Assembly: GCA_051294375.1 (NCBI GenBank)
Contig: CM119265.1
Location: 3,560,589 to 3,624,588 of the forward strand
DNA: 64,000 nt
Source: Paraspadella gotoi
Lineage: Eukaryota; Animalia; Chaetognatha
Direction of reading: 5' to 3'
Part shown: one piece after another, positions 54,694 through 64,000 of the stretch
How the letters are laid out: each line of letters begins with the position of its first letter
How positions within the stretch are numbered: position 1 is the first letter of the stretch
Translations under genes and position numbers: made by a program
The notes under the pieces: generated by a model
Seen by the model: the letters and a program-made list of their open reading frames with translations, nothing else
Told to the model about the DNA's origin: nothing
Database searches by the model: none

Positions 54694-57547
54694 AAGCGTG
54701 GGGGAGGGAGGGAGAGAAGAGGGGAGGGCGAGGGTGGAGGAGGAGAGGGGTGGAGGGGAGGAGGGTCGGCGCCCGGGAAGCTGCGTCTGGGGGTTAGCAA
54801 GGGATGGGCGCGGAATCGCCGAGGGGGGAATTGGCCCTCGCTCGTCGTCAAAGCGCGCCGTTTCCCGCCTCGCAAGGAGTGGCGAGGCGAAGGGCGTGGG
54901 GGTAGAAGATCTCGAGATGAGAGTGCGGTTGTCGTCTGCGGCGTGCGTGCTCGTGCGTGCGTGGTGGCTGGCGTCTAGCGTCTCGCGTCTGGCTCTGCGT
55001 GCGTGCTCGGGTCTCGTGCTCAGATAGAGGTGCGGGGGTTCGTCCGGTGGGCGTTGCTCTTATCTGCGGTTGGGGGCATGGTGTTGAGAGGAGTGAACGA
55101 GAACGAAAAGCAGGTTGTGGAACATGTGAGAGAGGAGAGAGAGAGAGATCCGAAGAGGAGCTCATTAGCTCTAGGATATCGGTTAAGAAATAATTCAAAT
55201 TTATCTCCTGGGTATAATAATAATCATAATAAACATTCACGGCGAAAAAAACATTAAATATATATTATAACAAATGTAAATTGTTATTTTCATTTCTGCG
55301 GACGCAGGTTTCGTTGGACGGAATCAAAATCTATGACGATCGAACGAGAAAGCTGCTTCATCATCACGAGGTTAGTATCATCGAAGATTTTGTGATATTA
55401 ATTTAAATAAAAAAATAATAAGATAATTGAATTAGTTTCGTGATATATATTTAGAAATAACTTTATGAAATGTCAAAAAAATCTTAAATTTGAACAAAAG
55501 CCAAAAAAAGAGTTGCTCACTCTCATTAGCTCATTAGCTTCTCACCATTTTAGGTCCATCAAATGATTTTCATCGCTTTTGATGTTAAAGAACCGAGAGC
55601 TTGCGGGTACGATTTCTAATATCCATCGTTAAAGATTTACATAAATTTGTTTGTTTAACCTTAAGGATATTTCTGTATTTTTGAAATTGAAAGCCCAAAG
55701 ACCATTAAGACTCAGTTCGCTATTTAAAAATATTTAAGAATACTATTTAAAACCATTTACAAGGTACATCGCGCAGTTGAACAACTCGACCTTTCGATTC
55801 ATCGGCGTCAAATCGATGGACAAAACTTCGCACGCGATCGTCCTGGCGATTCAAGAGTTAATCTGCCTCTCTTACGAACTCAAGGTCCAACAGATGACCA
55901 AGTCAAAGGCCAAGGGTGAGTTAGGGTGGAGGGAGGTCAGAGGCCAAGGGTGAGTTAGGATGAGAAGAGAGGTCAGAGGCCAAGGCTGAGTTAGGGTGAA
56001 GATAGTGGAGGGAGGTCAGAGGCCAAGGCAAGGGTGAGTTAGGCCAAGGCAAGGGTGAGTTAGGGTAAGGCAGAGGTCAAAGGCCATGGATATTGGTTAA
56101 GTTCTCTTTCGTTCAGACTCGTCAAATGGGTTAATGGTTTAATTCGAGCTAAAAACGAAATCTAAGTCAGGTCCGTCTCTCGACAGATTTGTCCGAGGAC
56201 GACAAAATTCGAAGCGCCTCCTACCGATCACAGCACGGACTTCCGCCAGGACCTTCGGAAGCGGAACTTAATCAGCTGCTCACTACATCCGGGTTGAGTG
56301 GCAAAAAATGATAAAAAAAAATAATAGTCATAACTAATATTAATGTAACAGCTTGTATTGTCAAAAATTAACTTTTCCCTCACTGGGTAAAGTAGCATTT
56401 TTATTATAAGACGTAAACTATGAGGTGAATAAAGATCGGAATTCTTGAAACGGAAACAGGTCCGCCGTCTCCGTTCCACTCGAAGAACGCGACGTGGAAG
56501 CGGTGAAGACTCAATTGGAAGCGTTGCACAGGCTGATGGACAAGGGAGACGCTTTGGGAGATGGATACGCCGAGTACGAGAGCAAAATTCAGGTGGTTGG
56601 AGGAATAATTTTTTATTATTATTATTATTATTATTATTTAATATTATTACATTTTTAAATAAGACAATTATCCTCTGCGGGAAATATTTTGTTTCAATCT
56701 CTCGTAAAAGTTATTAGTTTCATTTTGAAATTGCTATTTTCGTTTTTAATTTAGATTTTTATGAATATTCGCTTTAATAAATTATATCTTTTTTTTTTCT
56801 TTTTTTTCTTGAAATTCAGGAGCACAAACAAGGAAAGATCAGCTCAACAGTTTTGGCGCGATTCGGCAACAAAGACAACATAGATTCCGTCTTAGGAAGA
56901 GTGGAGAGGATTTGGTTCCCCGGAGTCGCGGAGGATAAGTTGAGGGTCAAGTGGAAAGTGCCACAGGTTAGTGGCAAAGAGGGTCGCAGGACTGGCAGGT
57001 ATAATGGCAGAAGTAGGATTGATTGGATCGTGCCAGAGATTAGTGGCAAGGGGAGGGTGGCAAGACAGGCGGGTGAAATGACAGAAGTAGGATTGAGTAG
57101 AATGTGCCACAGAGGAAGACGACAGAACTGGCTGGTTAAAGGGCTGAATGTAAGTGGCAGGGCTGACACGTGAAATGGCACAAGTGGGATTAAGATGAAG
57201 GTGGTAAGGAAACAGTTCAAGCCTTCAAGGGTGGCAGGTCGAATGGTAAAAGCAGTCGATAGAAGTGGTTAAAGGAAGAAGAAAGATGGCAGAACTAAAC
57301 CCCCCCCCCTTTCTTCTTCCAGGTTGGCAAAGCGGACACTTTCGTGGTGAGCATCAAACCCACGCCCTCCGCTCCCGACTCCCCCGCCGAGTTGACCGTC
57401 GACTCCCGCCAACAACCCGACGTCACCTTCTGGGGTCTCGAACCCGCGACCATCTACACAGTCTACGTCTCGACGACGCTGGAGGGACGCACCTCCAACC
57501 CTTGCGTCGCTACGGAGACGACGCTGCCGCCGCGAACGGACTCCTTG

Positions 57548-57633
<86 letters not shown>

Positions 57634-59299
57634 TGGAGTGTTGGAAACGGAATCGTGGAGGAGGAGGAGGAGGAGGAGGAGGAGGAGGAGGAAGAATTCG
57701 CGAGGAAGGAGAACGGACATGAAGAATAAATATAAGAATTCTCCTCTAGGATAACTGGAGAGACTAGAAAGATATCCTTGTACATAGTTGTTGACGGTAG
57801 AAAGAATTTGTTCTCGGTTTTGTTATATTTTAATCGTTTAGAAGTTTAGATTGTTTACATGTATGTAATGTATAATAAGTTGTTACTCTCTTTTTATACT
57901 TGGCAATGGTTTTTCTGCTTCAAAAATTATTTCCTAATTATAGATATTTACATATGTTCTCTCTCTGTCATTATCTAGCCCAAGACTTGGGCCAAGTGTT
58001 ACTATTTCTTCATCGGCCTGATCCCCCACTCCACTACACCGCTGGCGCCTTACCGATCACCTGCACGGTCGTCCGAACCGCCTGAGCAGCGGATGTCCGT
58101 ACAGAGTGAAGTAGCACATGTAGTAACTGGCGGTGACGCGATACTGGAACCACTCCAGGTGATTACGAAATGGCCGATAGATGTCCTCATCGAAAAGTCT
58201 GTAAAACAGAGAGTCCAATTGTCATTGCAAGATATGGCATTAATTAATTTAATTTAATTAAGTTAATTTAATAAAAAATCGTCGATGATTGGTGGGTTAT
58301 TAACTTACTAATTAATCTCAGGAAAGTTGAAGTTTAATGTCTAAATTTTAAATACTCTACTTAGACTAAACGGGACAAAATGTAGCCACAATTCGCAAAC
58401 CATCAACAGATGTAACAACAGATGTAACAACAGCAACGACGACGGGTTCCTCAACATCACCTACTTGTCGTAGCCTAGCAACCGTTCCATCTGAACCAAA
58501 GCTCCGTTGCCAGAGAAGTGAAGAGTCGTGTTGAATAGTTTGGATTGGATCTCATCGATGCAAGGAAGGAGGCCTTGGGAGGGGGGGAGACAGATAGAGA
58601 CACTCTCTCTCTTTCATTCTTTCTTTCTTTCTTTCTCTCTTTCTTTCTTTCTTCACCTTTTCGACAGGCAATTCTCAAAGCTTGGTTTTCCCTTCTGAGT
58701 CTCGGAAGAGGAAAGTGTCGGACGTAGGATGCGTTTTTTAGTCGATCGGCACAGACCTCGACCTGAAAAGATTGAAAAAAGAAAGAGAGATAGAAATGAC
58801 TAAAGAAAAGAAAGAAAGATTCATAGAATTATAAAAAGTAAAAAAAAAAAAACACGAAAGAAAGAAATGAAGAAAAAAAAGAAAGAATTTAACAGAGAAA
58901 GAAATTAAAGGTAGAAAAAATATAGAAACAAGGAATCAAATAAGAAAAGTCAGATAGACCGACTGACCGACAGAAAATATAGAAACAAGGAATCAAATAA
59001 GAAAAGTCAGATAGATCGACTGACCGACAGAAAATATGAAACAAGGAATCAAATAAGAAAAGTCAGATAGACGACTGACCGACAGAAAATATAGAAACAA
59101 GGAATCAAATAAGAAAAGTCAGATAGACTCGACTGACCGACAGAACCTCCCGACCTTAACGCTCTCATCGAGCAACTTGTCCCTGAATTCCTCAGCGCAA
59201 AATCGCGGGTCTTTTGTCTCCATGAATTTGTGATCGCGAAGCCAAAATCCGATTTCGAAAATCACGCGAGTTGCGTTCATCCTGTGATTGAGCGGCGGC

Positions 59300-59336
<37 letters not shown>

Positions 59337-60596
59337 TCTTTAATGTCGTTGCAGCCTAAACCTTGAAAAATTTTGTCGCCAAAGATGTATTAGCATTTAG
59401 ATTTTAGAGGTTAATTAATTATTCATATTGGGAAAAAAAAATTATATTGACAGACGAGCTTTACAAGCTTAAAAATAAAATACAATCACAATAGGTATTC
59501 AAATATTCATTTAATAAATAAGCGACATAGTCTGACTTCGGACATCTCTCTTGCAAGATAATAACATAGCAAAATCCTGCAAGCTTTCAATCACTTAAAA
59601 ATCTTCCCTTTCAATGAAGTGGTATAATATTTGAAAAAATATTTAAATTGTACAAAAGGACAGACAACTCCCTGAAGTATTAAATGATTTTAAGCGTTAA
59701 CAGAAAGATTCTTTCACAAACTAGTCACAATAATAAGTGAATAACTCACCCGCTCGTCATAATAAGTGAATAACTGACCCGCTCGTCATTCCCTTACCTC
59801 ATCCTCGTCCCCATATTTCTCGCCACCACCGACCACGTCTTCCACCCCTCCTCTTCCCCGGCGAACGAAGATCCGTTCGGGGTCATTTGGGTCAAGTCAC
59901 GTGACCTCACTTCCGGGTCCAAAGTTTCCCGCGCGGATTCGAAGGGGTCGTCTTGAGAAAAAAGGGGGAGAGGTCTTTCTTTCTTTCTTTCTTTCTTTCT
60001 ATCCTTTTATTTCTTTTTATCTTTAATAATTTGGTCTGTATATCTTTTTCTTTGTATCTACCAACCTGTCTTTTTTCTTTAATATCTTTCTATCCTTCTT
60101 CTGTTTTCCTTCTGTCCTCTAAATTCAGTTCTTTCTACCTGAATCGTCGTAAAGATCGTCGCTTTCGTTGTCGTCGTCGTCGTCGCTACTGTCATCGCCG
60201 ACGTTGATTTCCGGATTTCGGTTTCCTCAAAATTTAGATTCACAGATCAGTGATAAACCAGTGAGAATTACACCAAATTGCTGGCAAGACTTTCACGGAT
60301 TAGTCAATCATTCATCCATCAGTGACAATATTTCTTCAGATTGCTGACAGAGCTATCACAGATTATTCTATCATAAATCTACCTTGTCTCAACCTTTCGT
60401 AGTGAAGCCGAACCCTCGACTTCGCTTGACTCAGACTTTTCTTCAATGGATTCAAAACGGAAGAACAATCCACGAAATAAAAGAACAAACTGTATTTTAT
60501 TGGATCCCAAAGTGAAGAACGACGAACAAAAATGGCGAACGATAATCGAGTCAACGGGAAAACAAAGAACAAAATGAGGAAACGGTGAAGATTCAT
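52479..60596 (-). CDS. Secreted Cys-rich protein with C-terminal Ca-binding EGF-like domain (~12 exons; several single-base indels)
   Basis: Exons 60596-60383 (signal-like MNLHRFLILFFVFPLTRLSFA), 60225-60139, 59951-59798, 59355-59155 (GFWLRDHKF), 58762-58657, 58573-58465, 58198-58061 (LEWFQYRVTASYYMCYFT), 54229-54156, 54067-53989 (CALLSFCPDP), 53910-53761 (NPC..C..NLDF..NYSCDC), noisy 53054-52925, and 52879-~52773 (CVNTFGSYACACRMGF). The last exon, ~52629-52479, is uncertain. Confidence 0.8.
53241..53352 (+). mobile_element. SINE family A, copy 3 (3' part)
   Basis: GCGCCAGTGAC...GAGATGC...GGGCATCACAGGCAACCCTGGCTGTTGCCATA matches the tails of copies 1 and 2. Confidence 0.65.
53490..53652 (+). 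mobile_element. Second tRNA-derived SINE-like element (family B)
   Basis: tRNA-like head: GCGGCCA can pair with TGGTCGT, A-box-like TGGTGCCAGAGG, B-box-like GGTTCTAGCC. A ~90-bp unrelated body ends in a T/A-rich tail. Single copy in this window. Confidence 0.5.
54480..57553 (+). CDS. Disabled(Dab)-like PTB domain plus C-terminal fibronectin type III protein, nested antisense in an intron
   Basis: Exons 54480-54555 (GIEFKAKLIG), a missing or corrupted exon in noisy 54690-55190, then 55308-55370 (VSLDGIKIYDDRTRKLLHHHE), 55554-55606, 55764-55915 (GYIAQ..FRFIGVK..IVLAIQELICLSYELK), 56187-56292, 56460-56592, 56820-56966 and 57323-57553 (FN3: LRVKW...VTFWGLEPATIYTVYV). Confidence 0.85.
55902..56086. 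repeat. Degenerate tandem repeat copying a splice donor (GGTCAGAGGCCAAGG|GTGAGTTAGG)
   Basis: About 5 copies downstream of the donor at 55916. Confidence 0.85.
57550..57633. repeat. (TGA/ATG)n microsatellite starting at the stop codon of the PTB-FN3 gene
   Basis: About 28 perfect trinucleotide units, followed by (GAG)n at ~57658-57690. Confidence 0.95.
58915..59145. repeat. 57-bp minisatellite, 4 copies, intronic
   Basis: Unit AAAATATAGAAACAAGGAATCAAATAAGAAAAGTCAGATAGACCGACTGACCGACAG; it starts ~9 nt inside the intron after the minus-strand donor at 59154. Confidence 0.95.
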
Positions 60597-60670
60597 TGTT
60601 TTCGTCCGATTTTTTGAAAGAAAAACCGGATTCGTTTTATTTTTAGGTAGGTGATGATTTTTCGAGGCGA

Positions 60671-61757
60671 AAATATCATTCAAATAATAACTTAACTTCA
60701 TACGACTTTTTGTAAACACTAAACAAATAGTAAAGTTGGGATAATAGATCATTTCTTTCAGATAAATTTTCAAGAATTTCGCCTCGAACTACAAAGAGAG
60801 AAACTACAAATTAGCCTAGAATAACTTCATGACCATTGTGCTTCAATTAAGTATTTCTCCTATAATGGAGAGTAGTAAGGAAAAGTGCCAAAACAGACAA
60901 TTTTTGATGTTTTCGGAGAAAATTTTTAAAGTGAGTTCAAGTTAGAGAAAAAACTTTTTTCGAGTTTTAAAAAGTTTTAAGTTCATCGAGGCTAAATTCA
61001 CTGAATCTTATTTAGAGGTTAGAAAAGAATAAATTCGTTTTGAGGCAAAGACATAAGAACTTTTCATTTCGTTTTTAAAAAGTTTTAAAGTAAAAAACAT
61101 CGGATCGATCTCAAGTACGAACCTAGTTAAAACAGTTTTGATGAGATTTCCTTGTGGAGTTGTCAGATATTACTTTCACTTAGATATAAAAATTTTAAAA
61201 TGGAGGAATTTTTTTATATAAAATAAATATCATTCAAATAATAACTTAACTTCATACAACTTTTTGTAAACACTAAACAAATAGTAACGTTTGGATAATA
61301 GATCATTTTGTTAAGATAAATTTTTAAGAATTTTGCCTCGAACTACAAAGAGAGAAACTACAAATTAGCTTAGAATAACTTCATGACCATCGTGCTTCAA
61401 TTAAAGCATTTCTCCTATAATGGAGAGTAGTAGGGAAAAGTGCCAAAACTGACAATTTTCCATTTTTTCGGAGAAAATTTTTAAAGAGAGTTCGAGCTCT
61501 GAGTTTTTTTTTTTGAGTTTTAAAAAGTTCATCGAGGCTAAATTCACTGAGTCTTATTTAGAGGTTAGAAAAGAATAAATTCGTTTTGAGGCAAAGAACT
61601 TTTCATTTCGTTTTTAAAAAGTTTTAAAGTAAAAAACATCGGATCGATCTCAAGTACTAACCTAGTTAAAACAGTTTTGATGAGATTTCCTTGTGGAGTT
61701 GTCAGATATTACTTCTTTCACTTAGATATAAAAACTTTAAAATGGAGGAATTTTTTA
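60671..61757. repeat. Tandem duplication of a ~550-bp AT-rich unit (60671-61220 / 61225-61757)
   Basis: Both copies start AAATATCATTCAAATAATAACTTAACTTCATAC and end AAAATGGAGGAATTTTTT, with scattered substitutions. Confidence 0.9.
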
Positions 61758-62579
61758 AAAAATGTATAAAAATCGCAAGAGAAAAATTTTCAAATCAGTG
61801 ACGTTGGAATCCGTTATATTTTTGTGAAAAATTGGAAATTCAAGCGATAACCAATTTGAAATCACCAAACTGACAAGGGCTATGGAGATAAGTGTTTTCC
61901 AGAAAAAAATTTTTAATTCTGTTTATGAACGGTGATAGGTTTTGGTTTAAATTTTGCATTCTGCAGTAAATCATAAATGAAACATTTTAATTACAGATCT
62001 TATTACAAAATTTTTGATTGTTGTTAATGAATATTTAAGTAGTAATGTTTTCAGTTTAAAAGATAATTTGTATCATTATTATGAGAAAACATTCTTAAAA
62101 AAATATAAAATTTGCAAACCACACCCTTTTGAGTTGTCATGTTGTGATTTCAAGTGCAATCTTTTTAATGATAAAGAATGTTTTGAACAAAAATCAATTA
62201 TGACTTTATTAACGTGTGGAAAATCTTCTTCTAACCTTTCAAAGGATCGATAATCACGGCAAAATTATTTACAAAAAAATGCATAATATTACCAATGACC
62301 CATTTTTATTATTCAGATTCTTTGAAGATAAAGGTATACATTTATTATTATAGCTATTTTATGTCTTTTTTGTTAATAAGGTTAATGTTACACATTTCAT
62401 CAAAAGAAAAGTTTCCCTTTTAAAACAGTATTATAACTAATTTATCCTTTTTAAAAATCGTTTTAAGTCGTTATCAACGGTATAAAATTACTGTTAGTCA
62501 TTATGTTCTACGTCAACTGATTGGTATACTAATCGATTAGTATTTTATATTAATGATCGAGCCTGGGTGAAAACCACTG

Positions 62580-63930
62580 TTACGTTTAAAACTTGTGGTT
62601 AAAGGCTCTTCAAATTCAAAGTATAAACGATATTGGTTTCCAGGATTTATTGTTGACTGTAGCGATAGTGCATTATCTAAATTGACGTTGTTTAAGAGGG
62701 TGAAGCTTAAAAGGCAATATGAATTTTGTATTTAGAAAGGCTTGTAATGTAAAGTCCTCTGTTCCTTTTTCTGTTAAAAAAATTAAATGTATCGCACACA
62801 TTATTAGAGCAAAGGGAGTTTCCAAGGGGAGGGATGGGATTTTCGAACTTATTCCCACTTCAAGAAACGCGCGTGCTAATTTTTTACCTGTGAACGGTGG
62901 TTTTTATGGAGTAAGACGACGGCGAAGGAAAAGCTATTCTTCAGTGTCAGAGAAAGTAATTTGTTTGTAATTCCTGAAGGTAAAAATAAATTAAAGATTG
63001 TATAAATAAATATGAATGAATAAATGAATAAATAAAAAATAAATAACCACCTGTTTCTAGTGAGTAAACCTTTGCAAATGTAGCCTGAAGAGAAAACAAA
63101 AATTACTAAATTAAGTAATAGAAATAACAGTTAATAATTAATAACTTACATTGTAATTTTACTTGTATGGCTCGCGATTAAGGAATTTTCGATCCTTTCC
63201 AAGAGATTTTGGCGTAACAGAATTACGTTGGCGTATAAACAGCAGGCGCTTGTAAGATAATTATATATATAAATAATTATTTTGTGAGTTATTAAAGAAA
63301 AAAAGAAAAAAAAAATTACATTTGACTGTGAGATTTCGGTTTTAATCCTGCTGTTTGTGTGATGAAGTACCTTTCAGCTGAGAGAGCGAGAGAGAGAGAG
63401 TAAGACATTTAATGACTTTTTATGAATTAAATTCAAAGACTTACAACTTGTCAAATAAATGTCAAATAAATGTCAAAAATATTAAAAATTGAAAAAAAGG
63501 CATGTGATCCCGGACATTTTATGTATGTTTGGTGTTATAATAATTAAGAAATATGTAAGAGGTATCAGAAAAATCAAGAGGTAAAAGTTTCCGAAAAAAG
63601 ATTAATCAATTAAATCCAGCTTATTCAAAACCCTTCGCGCTAAAGTTCTTGAAAATGGTCTAGAGGTAATGAATCACTTTTTGAATAATCACTCCCCTCT
63701 CGGTAAATATGGTGAATTTTCAAAAAAGGCTCAATCTTCCGAAGCAGCAGATGAACATGGTTTTCTTCTTGTCTGTGGTCGTTGTCACGTCCAACCTGAA
63801 AAATATCTTTCAACCTCCATCATCTGCTGTCAGATCTGCTTGTTTCAACATGTTCTATTGCTTCATAGTAAAGAGGATCGTTTTCTGTCTTTTCATCAAC
63901 ATCTTAAGAGTGAGTATTACTGGAATGCTG
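62580..63930 (-). CDS. Possible small exons of an unidentified gene continuing beyond the window
   Basis: Several AG..GT-bounded short segments (e.g. ~63084-63051, ~63250-63163, ~63377-63320, ~63928-63660) with fragments such as ENDPLYYEAIEHVE. Frames could not be joined; the sequence is noisy. Confidence 0.25.
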
Positions 63931-64000
63931 TGAAATCAGACATAAGTGAGAATTACTTTGTGGTTAAATGTGATTTATGTCTTTGCATATTTCCCAACAA

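Noticed and set aside
57265-57785. Poly-Met, poly-His and poly-Ile ORFs
   Set aside because: Alternative-frame readings of the (ATG)n microsatellite after the real stop codon.

Overview
This is eukaryotic (animal-like) genomic DNA: AT-rich introns, CpG-rich exons, abundant (GA)n/(GAC)n microsatellites, many N gaps and several indel-noisy stretches that look like long-read gap fill. There are no prokaryotic features. Bases 1-19 kb and 24.5-33 kb are almost entirely non-coding; they include a ~3.1 kb palindromic foldback element with TA/CAGT ends. By hand-splicing with phase-checked junctions I reconstruct: two tandem KCTD-type BTB genes (-), a calmodulin-like gene with a polybasic-CCW tail (+), a secreted 8-Cys protein (+), a cluster of C2H2 zinc-finger paralogs sharing an unrecognised N-terminal domain (+), and a ~12-exon secreted Cys-rich/Ca-EGF gene (-). 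One intron of that last gene holds an antisense gene for a Dab-like PTB plus FN3 protein (+). The main leads are: (1) an orphan 3' zinc-finger module that is phase-compatible with internal donors of the upstream paralog, suggesting switchable DNA-binding ends; (2) tandem repeats that repeatedly copy exon-intron junctions or stop codons; (3) strong intron-position turnover between neighbouring paralogs. All gene models are manual and not confirmed by transcript data.
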